From a virus (taxonomy: Duplodnaviria; Heunggongvirae; Uroviricota; Caudoviricetes), in IMG/VR virus record IMGVR_UViG_3300021963_000087, positions 1-64,000 of that record: a stretch of 64,000 nucleotides of DNA; one strand, 5' to 3'. A program made the translations under genes and the position numbers. A model generated the notes under the pieces. The model was given only the letters and a program-made list of their open reading frames with translations, did not search any database and had not been told where the DNA came from. Of the stretch, positions 1 to 9,793 are shown piece by piece (the first letter of the stretch is position 1; every line of letters begins with the position of its first letter).

Positions 1-696
1 AACCAAGAAGAAGAATCTGAAGCAATCACTAATCAAATAGTTAGGCTTGTAGAATACTTAAAATGTCTTCCTGTTGATCTTATTGCTATTGATAAAATAG
101 AAGCAGATGATTCAATAGGGTATTTAGTTTCTAAGTTACCTGAAAAGGTAGTGATTCTTTCCACAGACCAGGATTATTTGCAACTAGTATCAAATAGAGT
201 GTCAGTATACTCACCTGTGAAGAAGAAAATCTACTATCCTGATGATGTTAGAGCTGAGTATGGTATTCCTCCACAAAACTTTTTAACACATAAAGTACTT
301 GTAGGAGATAAGGGAGACAACATTCCAGGAGTAAAAGGTATAGCGCTTAAGACTTTATTAAAGCTATATCCAGAATTAAAAGAAGAAAAAGTTGTATCTT
401 TAGATGAAGTAATTAACAAAGCAGAAAGTAAGACAGGTAAGAAGGATGCTAAGTATGTTGATATTTTTAATTATAGACATCAACTACGAATTAACGAACA
501 GTTAATGAACTTAATAACTCCCAACATACCTGATCCAGATAAAGAAGTATTAGATGCAATGATAGATACTTTTAGAGATACTTACGAACCTCAAGCATTC
601 ATAAAGTTGTACAACGAAGATAGTTTAGGAGGAAGTATTTTAAATGTACCGGTTTGGTTAAATGAAACATTTAGTAAGTTGACACAATACAAATAA
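1..696 (+). CDS. 5'-3' exonuclease / flap endonuclease (RNase H-like), 5'-partial (continues upstream of window)
   Basis: Frame 1 is open from nt 1. It contains an EADDSIGYL acidic motif and the H3TH motif GDKGDNIPGVKGIALKTLLKL typical of 5'-3' exonucleases. Confidence 0.75.
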   Translation, partial: NQEEESEAITNQIVRLVEYLKCLPVDLIAIDKIEADDSIGYLVSKLPEKVVILSTDQDYLQLVSNRVSVYSPVKKKIYYPDDVRAEYGIPPQNFLTHKVLVGDKGDNIPGVKGIALKTLLKLYPELKEEKVVSLDEVINKAESKTGKKDAKYVDIFNYRHQLRINEQLMNLITPNIPDPDKEVLDAMIDTFRDTYEPQAFIKLYNEDSLGGSILNVPVWLNETFSKLTQYK

Positions 697-704
697 TAAG
701 AGTT

Positions 705-2084
705 ATGGCGGTTTTAAATCAGTTGCAAAACTATGGAATAGGATTCCAGATTAAAGTTCTATCTAGCTTAATCAAGCATAAAGAATTTTTACAGAACATA
801 CACGATATACTAGACTCAGAGTACTTTGATAATCCTGCACACAAGTGGATTGTAGAAGAAATCTTAAAGTATTATTACAAGTACCATGCAGCTCCTACTA
901 TGGATGCTTTAAGTGTAGAAACTAAGAAACTTGAGAATGATGTATTAAGAGTATCGGTAGTAGATCAATTGAGAGAAGCCTACAAAGCTTCTAATGAAGA
1001 TAGAGAGTATGTTGAGCAAGAGTTTGCTAACTTCTGTCGTAATCAACAATTGAAAAAAGCAATCATGTCATTACCTGAATTATTAGATGCAGGTCAGTAC
1101 GATGACATCCGATATGTAATGGATTCAGCTTTGAAAGCAGGTCAAGAAAAGAACATTGGACACGAGTATGAGAAGGATATGGAAACTCGTTATCGAATTG
1201 AAGAAAGAGGAGCTATTCCAACTCCATGGGGTAACATTAACGAATTACTCATGGGTGGATTAGGTGGAGGTGATTTAGGAATTATCTTCGGTAATCCAGG
1301 TGGCGGTAAGAGTTGGATGCTAACTAATATGGGAGCACAAGCAATAGTACATGGCTATAATGTTTGCCACTACACATTGGAATTGTCAGAAGATTATATG
1401 GGTAAGAGGTATGATGCGATTCTAACAGGATTGGATGTACAAACTATACATAGTCACAGAGCAGAAGTTGATGCAGCTGTTGCAAAAGTGAAAGGTAAAC
1501 TTATCATCAAAGAGTTTGCAATGGGCAAAGCATCTATTTCCAGCATTGAAGCTCACATCCAAAAGTGTACAGATCTAGGTTACAGACCTAACCTAATTAT
1601 CATTGACTATGTAGACTTGTTGAAATCTAAGCGCAAATCAATTGATAGAAAGGATGAAATCGACGATATTTATGTTTCTACTAAAGGACTCGCAAGGGAA
1701 TTAAAAATCCCAATTTGGACGGTTTCTCAAGTAAATAGAGCGGGTGCTAAGGATGATGTAATTGAAGGCGATAAGGCAGCTGGATCTTACAATAAAATGA
1801 TGATTGCTGACTTTGCTATTTCTTTATCTAGAAAGCGTCAAGATAAGGTAAATGGAACTGGTAGGATTCATATAATGAAAAACAGGTATGGAACCGATGG
1901 TATGACCTATGCTGCGAAGATTAATACCTCGAATGGGCATATAGAAATTGAGGAGAAGGAATTAGATGAGGATATGATTGGGCTTGATAATCAACAAGGT
2001 CCAAGTAAGCCAACAACAGGAACTGATTTTAATAATCAAGAAAGGAAATATTTGAGCGAAAAATTCTTTGAATTATCGAAATAA
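705..2084 (+). CDS. DnaB-like replicative DNA helicase
   Basis: Walker A GNPGGGKSWMLTNMG, RecA-like C-terminal domain, and a DnaB-type helical N-terminal domain. Confidence 0.85.
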   Translation: MAVLNQLQNYGIGFQIKVLSSLIKHKEFLQNIHDILDSEYFDNPAHKWIVEEILKYYYKYHAAPTMDALSVETKKLENDVLRVSVVDQLREAYKASNEDREYVEQEFANFCRNQQLKKAIMSLPELLDAGQYDDIRYVMDSALKAGQEKNIGHEYEKDMETRYRIEERGAIPTPWGNINELLMGGLGGGDLGIIFGNPGGGKSWMLTNMGAQAIVHGYNVCHYTLELSEDYMGKRYDAILTGLDVQTIHSHRAEVDAAVAKVKGKLIIKEFAMGKASISSIEAHIQKCTDLGYRPNLIIIDYVDLLKSKRKSIDRKDEIDDIYVSTKGLARELKIPIWTVSQVNRAGAKDDVIEGDKAAGSYNKMMIADFAISLSRKRQDKVNGTGRIHIMKNRYGTDGMTYAAKINTSNGHIEIEEKELDEDMIGLDNQQGPSKPTTGTDFNNQERKYLSEKFFELSK

Positions 2085-2114
2085 CGCTATTTATTAGTAC
2101 AAAAATCAGTCGCT

Positions 2115-2330
2115 ATGAGTTTACTAGGCCTATTTAAGAAGAAAAACGCAAATCCATTGGCACCTCCGCCAAATCAGGAAACCTATACAGAGTTTGTGTT
2201 TAACATGGAAAAGAACCATACTAATGACCTAGTAGAGCGTAACAACGTTGATTTTACATTCCGTCCTCCTGCATCTACAACCAAGTATCAAGAGACAATC
2301 TTCCAGGAGCAAAGAAACAGAAACGCCTAG
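2115..2330 (+). CDS. hypothetical protein
   Basis: ORF in the gene-dense + strand array. Confidence 0.3.
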   Translation: MSLLGLFKKKNANPLAPPPNQETYTEFVFNMEKNHTNDLVERNNVDFTFRPPASTTKYQETIFQEQRNRNA

Positions 2331-2417
2331 ATTGAAATAAAAGTTATAAACAACTTCCGAAGGCAAAATCCATCGGATGCTAAACCTATCTTTAATATTT
2401 AAAAAACAAGTAACAAA

Positions 2418-4274
2418 ATGGACATTTCACAGAGCATTTTGAGTGATATTACCGTCTACATGAAGTATGCGAAGTATACACCAGAATTAGAAAGGAGAGA
2501 ATTATGGAACGAATTAGTGGATAGAAACAAAAACATGCACTTAAAAAAGTTCCCAGAACTAAGTGAGGAGATTGAAAATGCTTATAAATTTGTCTATGAT
2601 AAAAAGGCTTTACCTTCTATGCGTTCAATGCAATTTGCAGGTAAACCAATTGAAATAAGTCCTAATAGAATTTATAACTGTGCTTATTTACCAATAGATG
2701 ATTGGAGAGCATTTGGTGAAACAATGTTCCTATTATTAGGTGGAACAGGAGTAGGTTATTCAGTACAAAAGCATCACGTAGACTGCTTACCAGAAATTAG
2801 AAAACCAGATCCAAAAAAGAACAGACGTTTCTTAATTGGTGATTCTATTGAAGGATGGGCTGATGCAGTAAAAGTATTAGTTCGAGCATACTTTGAAGGT
2901 GGATCTACACCTAACTTTGATTTCTCGGACATCAGACCAAAAGGAGCTACATTAGTAACTTCAGGTGGTAAAGCACCTGGTCCTCAACCATTAAAAGAAT
3001 GCTTAATTAAAGTACAAGGTATTTTAGATAGCAAGCAAGATCGTGAGAAGTTATCTCCAATTGAAGTTCATGATATGGTTTGTCATATTGCAGATGCAGT
3101 ATTAGCAGGTGGTATTAGAAGAGCAGCTTTGATTAGTTTATTCAGTGCAGATGATGCAGATATGATTGGAGCTAAGTCTGGAGCATGGTGGGAAAATAAT
3201 CCACAAAGAGGTAGAGCAAATAACTCTGCAGTATTGTTAAGAAATAAAATTACAGAAGAATTCTTCTTTGAATTATGGGATAAGATTAAAGCAAGTGGTG
3301 CAGGTGAGCCTGGTATCTACTTTAACAACGATAAAGATTGGGGAACTAATCCATGTTGCGAAATTGCTTTAAGACCTTTCCAATTCTGTAACTTATGTGA
3401 AGTAAACGTTTCAGATGTTGTAGATCAAGATGATCTTAATGCAAGAGTAAAAGCAGCAGCTTTTATTGGTACTTTGCAAGCATCTTATACAAGCTTCCAC
3501 TACTTAAGACCAGTATGGCAAAGAACAACTGAGAAAGAAGCTTTAATTGGTGTTGGTATGACTGGTATTGGATCAGGTGCAGCACAAAAATTAGACTTAA
3601 AAGAAGCAGCCAGAATAGTTAAAGAAGAAAACGAAAGAGTAGCTAAGTTGTTAGGAATTAATTCTGCAGCTAGATGTACTACAATTAAACCTTCAGGTAC
3701 TTCATCTTTAACTTTAGGTACCTCCTCAGGTATCCATGCTTGGCATAACGATTACTACATTAGAAGAATTCGTGTTGGTAAGAATGAAGCAATGTACACA
3801 CATTTGTCAATTTACCATCCTGAATTAATTGAAGATGAATATTTCCGTCCACATGACACAGCAGTTATTTCTGTACCACAAAAAGCACCAGAAGGAGCTA
3901 TCTACAGAACAGAATCTGCAATGGATTTATTAGAAAGAGTTAAGTTCTTCTACCAAAACTGGATTAAACCAGGTCACAGATCAGGACAGAACACACATAA
4001 CATTTCTGCTACAGTCTCAATCAAAGAAGATGAGTGGGAAGCAGTAGGAAAGTGGATGTGGGATAATAGAAAGTTCTACAACGGGTTATCGGTTTTACCT
4101 TATGCAGATCACACATACAAGCAAGCTCCTTTTGAGGATTGTACCAAAGAGCAATACGAAGAAATGATGAGTCACTTACACAATATAGACTTATCTAAGA
4201 TCGTAGAATTGGTAGACAATACTGATTTGAAGGGTGAAGCTGCTTGTGCTGGTGGAGCATGCGAAATTGTGTAG
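2418..4274 (+). CDS. nrdJ: class II (adenosylcobalamin-dependent, RTPR-like monomeric) ribonucleotide reductase
   Basis: 618 aa. The N-terminal region resembles Lactobacillus RTPR (KYAKYTPELERRELWNELVDR). A C-terminal Cys cluster CAGGACEIV is typical of the RTPR redox tail. Confidence 0.75.
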   Translation: MDISQSILSDITVYMKYAKYTPELERRELWNELVDRNKNMHLKKFPELSEEIENAYKFVYDKKALPSMRSMQFAGKPIEISPNRIYNCAYLPIDDWRAFGETMFLLLGGTGVGYSVQKHHVDCLPEIRKPDPKKNRRFLIGDSIEGWADAVKVLVRAYFEGGSTPNFDFSDIRPKGATLVTSGGKAPGPQPLKECLIKVQGILDSKQDREKLSPIEVHDMVCHIADAVLAGGIRRAALISLFSADDADMIGAKSGAWWENNPQRGRANNSAVLLRNKITEEFFFELWDKIKASGAGEPGIYFNNDKDWGTNPCCEIALRPFQFCNLCEVNVSDVVDQDDLNARVKAAAFIGTLQASYTSFHYLRPVWQRTTEKEALIGVGMTGIGSGAAQKLDLKEAARIVKEENERVAKLLGINSAARCTTIKPSGTSSLTLGTSSGIHAWHNDYYIRRIRVGKNEAMYTHLSIYHPELIEDEYFRPHDTAVISVPQKAPEGAIYRTESAMDLLERVKFFYQNWIKPGHRSGQNTHNISATVSIKEDEWEAVGKWMWDNRKFYNGLSVLPYADHTYKQAPFEDCTKEQYEEMMSHLHNIDLSKIVELVDNTDLKGEAACAGGACEIV

Positions 4275-4310
4275 GTATGAACCATGATAATTTAGTACAG
4301 AATATAGTAA

Positions 4311-4532
<222 letters not shown>

Positions 4533-4550
4533 TTTTAACAAAAGAATCTT

Positions 4551-5024
4551 ATGAAGACTATTTTTAAATCTACCAAATTATTTGACGGCTATTCTACCTG
4601 CTTCCGTCAATGGAAAGCAGAAGGTACACATTGTAAATTTTTACACGGATATGCTGTATCTTTTAGAGTGTGGTTTGAAGGAGAGTTGGATGAAAGAAAC
4701 TGGGTATTTGACTTTGGTGGTATGAAGCGTGCAAAGTGTAATATCGAAGGTAAGTCACCTAAAGATTTCTTTACTTGGTTATTAGACCATACAACAGTAG
4801 TAGCAGAAGATGATCCATACTTAGAGCTTTTCAAGCAAATGGACAAAGATGGTATTATTCAATTGCGAGTACTACCTTCAGTAGGCTGTGAAAGATTTGC
4901 TCACTATTTGTATGACAAGATCAATACATTCTTATTAGAAGAAACACAAGGAAGAGTGAGAGCAGTTAAAGTAGAAGTATACGAGCATGAAAGAAACTCA
5001 GCTTCGTATGAACAACAAGATTAA
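4551..5024 (+). CDS. queD: QueD/PTPS-family 6-carboxytetrahydropterin synthase-like
   Basis: Aligns with E. coli QueD around the catalytic Cys and the HGH-like motif (THCKFLHGY; LLDHTTVV). It is divergent and may lack one Zn-binding His. Confidence 0.6.
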   Translation: MKTIFKSTKLFDGYSTCFRQWKAEGTHCKFLHGYAVSFRVWFEGELDERNWVFDFGGMKRAKCNIEGKSPKDFFTWLLDHTTVVAEDDPYLELFKQMDKDGIIQLRVLPSVGCERFAHYLYDKINTFLLEETQGRVRAVKVEVYEHERNSASYEQQD

Positions 5025-5051
5025 TAATAAAATAAAACATGGAGGAAAACT

Positions 5052-5255
5052 ATGAAGTGTTTAAAAAGTTCAAAGACAGGTGAAATCATTCGAGTAAGTG
5101 ATGAAAAAGCCTACAATGCATCAAGTGAATGGAAGTTTATTCCTAAATCAGAATGGAAAGCTCAGTTTAGAAAAGCAGCACCACAAGTAGAAGAAGTTGC
5201 AGTTGCGGAACCAACAATCGCAGAGAAGCAATTAAAAAAGAAAAAATCTAAATAA
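5052..5255 (+). CDS. hypothetical protein
   Basis: ORF with a Shine-Dalgarno-like ggaggaaaa upstream. Confidence 0.35.
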   Translation: MKCLKSSKTGEIIRVSDEKAYNASSEWKFIPKSEWKAQFRKAAPQVEEVAVAEPTIAEKQLKKKKSK

Positions 5256-5725
5256 TGTCTTACAGCAGATGGTCTAACAGTAGGTGGTATACTTTTTGGA
5301 GTGCTATGGGTGCAGAGCCAACTCAGTACAAATGGCCTACCCAAAAGTTAAAAGATAATCAAGTATTTGAAATATGTGACATGCCCTCTTACCACATCAC
5401 TTATGGTGACTTAAAAAGAAGATCCAGATCCGCAATACTACATGAAATAGAAGAACACTTTGCAGCTGACTTTGATTGGCATGATATAGAGATTGTTGAT
5501 GGAAAGCTAGAGCGAGGTAAACCGAAAGTCATAAAAGGTAGAAGACCTACCTGGGATGAATTAAATGAATTACAATTATATCTTGCCCGTTTTATAAAAG
5601 ATGTTGATGATCACTTTAGATTTTGGACCTTTATGAAATATGAATGGTATTTTCCATTTAGAAATAAAATAATATTTAAGTATAGAAAATTAAAACAACG
5701 TTATGTCAAAGATAGATCCAAGTAA
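5255..5725 (+). CDS. hypothetical protein
   Basis: ORF in array. Confidence 0.35.
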   Translation: MSYSRWSNSRWYTFWSAMGAEPTQYKWPTQKLKDNQVFEICDMPSYHITYGDLKRRSRSAILHEIEEHFAADFDWHDIEIVDGKLERGKPKVIKGRRPTWDELNELQLYLARFIKDVDDHFRFWTFMKYEWYFPFRNKIIFKYRKLKQRYVKDRSK

Positions 5726-6536
5726 GTTATTAATTAGTAGTGACTTTTACACAGTCCAGGGAGAAGGAATTTCATCAGGTATTCCATCCTACTTTGTACG
5801 TTTAGGTATTTGTAACCTAACATGCGGCATGTCTCGTAAATTTGCTAATCAATTAGAGAAGGAACAAAAGTTAGAAGATGGTGAAATCTTTGTAGGCGAC
5901 TTGCATGCAGAAGGTAAAGCTACTTGGACTTGTGACTCTACTTCTCAGTGGTTATGGAGAGGTGAAGATAAAGATTTCCAATATTTAATTGATAGATGGA
6001 AAGAACAAGACATTTATGATGATATCATAAACGGTAATATTCATATTATTTGGACTGGTGGTGAACCTACAATTAAAGGACACCAAGAAGCAATTATTAA
6101 TTTCCTTGCATATTGGAAAGATGATAGATTTAATGCTAATTGTAGACCGTTTAACGAAATTGAAACTAATGGTACTATTGTTATTGATGAATTATTTGAT
6201 CATTTACAACAAATCAACTGCTCACCTAAATTGTCAAATTCAGGTATGACTGAAAAACAACGTATTAATCCAGAAGCAATTAAGCGTATTATGGAGCATG
6301 ATAACTATCAATTTAAGTTTGTTATTAGTACTGAAGATGATGTTAAGGAACTATTCCGTGACTTCGTAGAACCGTTTAATATACCACTTAAGAATGTAGT
6401 GTGTATGCCAGGTTTAGATGACGCAGCTAACTTTGAAGAAAGAACTCGATTTGTAATGGAGATGGCTAAGAAGTACAGATTTAGAGGTTTAACTAGATTA
6501 CACATTGCGGCTTGGAATAAAACATTAAACGTATAA
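5703..6536 (+). CDS. queE: 7-carboxy-7-deazaguanine synthase (QueE-like radical SAM)
   Basis: TVQGEGISSGIPSYFVRLGICNLTC matches the QueE N-terminus, and WTGGEPT matches the GGEP motif. The cluster motif reads CNLTCGMS (Cx3Cx2S). Confidence 0.75.
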   Translation: MSKIDPSKLLISSDFYTVQGEGISSGIPSYFVRLGICNLTCGMSRKFANQLEKEQKLEDGEIFVGDLHAEGKATWTCDSTSQWLWRGEDKDFQYLIDRWKEQDIYDDIINGNIHIIWTGGEPTIKGHQEAIINFLAYWKDDRFNANCRPFNEIETNGTIVIDELFDHLQQINCSPKLSNSGMTEKQRINPEAIKRIMEHDNYQFKFVISTEDDVKELFRDFVEPFNIPLKNVVCMPGLDDAANFEERTRFVMEMAKKYRFRGLTRLHIAAWNKTLNV

Positions 6537-6537
6537 T

Positions 6538-7155
6538 ATGAAGAAGAAATTTACAATAGGAGCTTTACACGATCCTAAAACATTAAAACCTATAAAGTAT
6601 GTCGTTACTCCAATAACAGACGCATTATTTCCAGAAGCACCTCTCTTCACAGGCACTGAAGAAGAGTGTAAAGAGTTTGTTAAGAATTATAAAGGAGAAA
6701 AGTCTAAAAATAAGCTAAGCTTACTCCAAAAGATTAAATTTATCTTAGTTGTTAAGTATTATGAGCATATCCTTCCTATCTTTAGTAATGAATTAGAAAA
6801 AGAACGTATGCAAGTTGCAGCTTTTATAATTGAAGCAAAAAATACAAAGCATTGGAAAAAGTACCAAACAGCACTACAAACTTTGAAGTTTGGTCCTAGA
6901 ACAGCACCCGATGTAACAACTATTATAAAAAGTGAAAACGGTGTTGAACGTAAGATAACTGTAAAAGGAGATTCTGTAACAATTGAAAAAGGAGCTTGTC
7001 CACAAGGACCAGTAGAAGTGGTACCAGAAGTAAAAGCAACTATTGAAGCTTTAGAGGCGGAAGCTAAGAATCCTCAACCATGGACTGGTGAGAGTAATCC
7101 AGAAGCAGCGTTTCCCTTAGAACTGACAGATAAAATTTTAAACAATGGAAAATAG
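6538..7155 (+). CDS. hypothetical protein
   Basis: ORF in array. Confidence 0.4.
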   Translation: MKKKFTIGALHDPKTLKPIKYVVTPITDALFPEAPLFTGTEEECKEFVKNYKGEKSKNKLSLLQKIKFILVVKYYEHILPIFSNELEKERMQVAAFIIEAKNTKHWKKYQTALQTLKFGPRTAPDVTTIIKSENGVERKITVKGDSVTIEKGACPQGPVEVVPEVKATIEALEAEAKNPQPWTGESNPEAAFPLELTDKILNNGK

Positions 7156-7486
7156 AAGAAACTTTTTTAAAGCAGTAGGTTTATTTGCTGCAGGAGTAGT
7201 TGGTGCTAAGATAGCAACCTACACTCCTAAAAAGAAAGAAGAAGAGTTACAAGTTGCTGAATCGGTAACAGTAAAAGATGCTAATGGTAATGAGTATAAC
7301 ATGGTTGTAGTTCCTAAGAAAAAGGAAGAACCAAAACCAATACAAACTTCAGGATCAGGTAGCTTTCACTCAGATGTAAGCGCAAGACCTACTTCAGGCG
7401 GTAACTTCGTTCTAAGTGGCGCTCCACCACCTGAGACTATATTGATGATTAGTCAGAATAAAAAATTACGTAAATTAAATGCTTAA
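7145..7486 (+). CDS. small protein with twin-arginine (Tat)-like signal peptide
   Basis: N-terminus MENRRNFFKAVGLFAAGVVGA fits the S/T-RRxFxK pattern followed by an h-region. Confidence 0.45.
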   Translation: MENRRNFFKAVGLFAAGVVGAKIATYTPKKKEEELQVAESVTVKDANGNEYNMVVVPKKKEEPKPIQTSGSGSFHSDVSARPTSGGNFVLSGAPPPETILMISQNKKLRKLNA

Positions 7487-7707
7487 TGAATAATAGAAGA
7501 GATTTCTTGAAGATGTTTGTTATGGCTTCTATGGCAACAGCATTGCCTATATCTTCAACTCCTAAAAAATTAACTGTACCTCTTACAACAGGAGATGGTG
7601 ATATGAGGATCGGAGTAAATGGGGTAGAGCGAATGAGAATATACTCTAGTGGAAATGTTGGAATAGCTTGTATTAATCCTTCCTACGAATTAAAATTAAA
7701 AGTATAG
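7486..7707 (+). CDS. small protein with twin-arginine (Tat)-like signal peptide
   Basis: N-terminus MNNRRDFLKMFVMASMATALP (RRDFLK). Confidence 0.45.
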   Translation: MNNRRDFLKMFVMASMATALPISSTPKKLTVPLTTGDGDMRIGVNGVERMRIYSSGNVGIACINPSYELKLKV

Positions 7708-7710
7708 CAT

Positions 7711-7959
7711 ATGCCAAAGTACAAAATTATGGGTGAACGTACCCTTGTAGAAGCTTGGACTTATATAGTTGAAGCTGATGATTACGAAACAGCAATTGAA
7801 ATGGTTGAGGAATGTCCTGACGGAATGTGTGATGGCGTTACTCGTCTTCAGGACGATCAATGCTATGAGGATAATACTGAGTTTTCATTCTTAGAAGAGA
7901 TTGAAGAACCGAAGAAGAAAGTAGCTAAGAAGGCAGTACCTAAAAAGAAAAAAAAATAA
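7711..7959 (+). CDS. acidic Cys-containing small protein with Lys-rich tail
   Basis: Composition only. Confidence 0.4.
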   Translation: MPKYKIMGERTLVEAWTYIVEADDYETAIEMVEECPDGMCDGVTRLQDDQCYEDNTEFSFLEEIEEPKKKVAKKAVPKKKKK

Positions 7960-8058
7960 TATGCAAATGTTAATAATTTTAGGTTATGTTTTAATAGCTG
8001 TTCTAGCTGTATTTGGTACAGTAGATATGCTTAGACAATTAAGAAAAAAATAAAAGTT

Positions 8059-8256
8059 ATGAAAAAGTATTTTGAACGTTTCGAGCCACTCTTTGTGGCT
8101 TTAGGAGCTCTCGTATTCATTTACGTAGGGCTGTTTCCAGGATTAACCTCAGCAAACACTTTCGTTAATGTAATTTGTACAGCAGGCCTAATAGGATTGG
8201 CTATCTTTTTGTATGTATACTACGAAGATTATTTCACCACTAAAAAAGAAGATTAG
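8059..8256 (+). CDS. small membrane protein (possible NfeD-like partner of SPFH protein)
   Basis: Two predicted TM helices. It lies immediately upstream of the SPFH gene. Confidence 0.35.
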   Translation: MKKYFERFEPLFVALGALVFIYVGLFPGLTSANTFVNVICTAGLIGLAIFLYVYYEDYFTTKKED

Positions 8257-8257
8257 T

Positions 8258-9172
8258 ATGGCATACGAAAGTTGGGAAGAAAGGGAAGCTCGTTACAGAG
8301 AACAAGAAAAACAAAACAGATTAAAACAACAAATAAAAATTAAACAAATGATTAAGTTATCAAGTCTCGGTGTTATAGGATTAATCCTAATGGTTTTATT
8401 AGTTAAGTCTTGCGAAAGAATCGATGCAGGACATGTGGGTGTTAAAGTAAATCTCTATGGAGATAATAAAGGTGTAAGTGATGTTACTGAAGTAACAGGT
8501 ATGGTGTTTTTTAATCCAATCACACATCAGATCTATGAGTTTCCGACCTTTATTCAACATAAAGAGTATACAGGTGATAATGCATTTATTGTAAACTCTA
8601 AGGATGGTAGTGAGTTTCATATTTCTCCTATCATTAACTACTCTGTAAAACGTGAAAAAGTACCATCTATCTTTGCTAAGTATCGTAGAAGCTTGGGTGA
8701 GATTGAAGATGGCTTCTTAAAGACTAACATTTACGATGCATTTCGTATGACAGCTAACTTTTATACAGCTGAAGAGTTAATTAGCAATCGTCAGTTATTT
8801 GAAACAAAGGTGAGACAAACATTAGATGCCAGCTTATTACCAGAAGGATTCATTATTAATCAATTGACTTCTAACTTAGTTTATCCTGAAACATTTAAAA
8901 GAGCTATTGAAGCTAAGAATAACGCAGTTCAATCAGCATTAATGGCTGAGAATAAGGTAAAGCAAGCAGAAGCTGAAGCTAAGATTAAAGTAGCTACTGC
9001 TGAAGGTAACGCATCAGCAATGCTAACATCAGCTAAAGCAGAAGCAGAGGCGAATAGATTAAAGCAACAAACCATTACTCCGATGTTATTACAATTAGAG
9101 TGGATCAATAAATGGGATGGTAAGCTACCAGTGTATGGTCAAGCTCCAATGTTGTATAAACCAATTAACTAA
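8258..9172 (+). CDS. SPFH/band-7 (stomatin/prohibitin/HflC-like) membrane protein
   Basis: N-terminal TM helix followed by an SPFH-like core. The C-terminus is an Ala/Glu-rich coiled coil (AEAEAKIKVATAEGNASAMLTSAKAEAEANRLK). The start was chosen at the non-overlapping ATG 8258; the ORF track starts at 8213. Confidence 0.5.
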   Translation: MAYESWEEREARYREQEKQNRLKQQIKIKQMIKLSSLGVIGLILMVLLVKSCERIDAGHVGVKVNLYGDNKGVSDVTEVTGMVFFNPITHQIYEFPTFIQHKEYTGDNAFIVNSKDGSEFHISPIINYSVKREKVPSIFAKYRRSLGEIEDGFLKTNIYDAFRMTANFYTAEELISNRQLFETKVRQTLDASLLPEGFIINQLTSNLVYPETFKRAIEAKNNAVQSALMAENKVKQAEAEAKIKVATAEGNASAMLTSAKAEAEANRLKQQTITPMLLQLEWINKWDGKLPVYGQAPMLYKPIN

Positions 9173-9183
9173 AATCCTAATAT

Positions 9184-9564
9184 ATGGCAACACAATTAGC
9201 AATCTGGACTTGTCAATACTGTGGTAAAGACACTTCCGATGTAGATATGGACTACCTTTCAAACTATGATCATTTAGGTTGTGCATTGGATGCAGAAATG
9301 AAAGCACAAATGGAAGCAAGTCAAGAACCTAACCCAGTCGACAAATGCATACTGTGTGGAGAAGATACAGCATACCGCTATAACGATCACATTGATACAA
9401 GAGTTGGATATATTGAAGGAGCAGGTCAATTATGTATTAAGTGTTGGAATAAGGGAACAGATCGTAGACATATGGCAGTTCCGATGAGTATGGTTTATGA
9501 TACTCCAAACGATCAAGAATTAGGTGCTAAAGTAAGACAACTATATTATGAAAACAACAGCTGA
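9184..9564 (+). CDS. Cys-rich hypothetical protein (possible zinc-binding)
   Basis: CQYCG...CILCGE...CIKCWN motifs. Confidence 0.4.
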   Translation: MATQLAIWTCQYCGKDTSDVDMDYLSNYDHLGCALDAEMKAQMEASQEPNPVDKCILCGEDTAYRYNDHIDTRVGYIEGAGQLCIKCWNKGTDRRHMAVPMSMVYDTPNDQELGAKVRQLYYENNS

Positions 9565-9775
9565 GGACTTTTACGAAGCAATTAAACATGTAGGTGCCGG
9601 TAGTTTGTATTACCTTAAGAAAAAAAATGATACTGAGTTCATCTTTGAACCTCTTATTATTGATACAAAGAATAAGGATCTTACTATCAAAATACTAAAA
9701 CGTGCAATGCTTGAACCAGATTTTGTAGCTTTTCCAGGAACACCTGAAGCGTACGAATTTATGAATGAAAAGTAG
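9548..9775 (+). CDS. hypothetical protein
   Basis: ORF in array. Confidence 0.35.
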   Translation: MKTTAEDFYEAIKHVGAGSLYYLKKKNDTEFIFEPLIIDTKNKDLTIKILKRAMLEPDFVAFPGTPEAYEFMNEK

Positions 9776-9793
9776 TATCTTTAAACTAACCAA

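Noticed and set aside
5162-5344. Other short - strand ORFs (e.g. 234-419, 4607-4846, 5162-5344, 6308-6505, 8399-8620, 9125-9319, 10083-10268, 13452-13667, 18814-19017, 20064-20252, 21677-21937, 23697-23936, 24246-24470, 24664-24972, 24979-25218, 27570-27776, 27860-28063, 30541-30924, 31465-31683, 31902-32156, 34552-34791, 34932-35117, 37055-37246, 42203-42445, 44718-44903, 46045-46227, 46531-46722, 49024-49236, 54753-54944, 55540-55722, 59667-59894, 63458-63685)
   Set aside because: All are antisense to strongly supported + strand genes or RNAs. They are short and lack start context, as expected by chance in AT-rich sequence.
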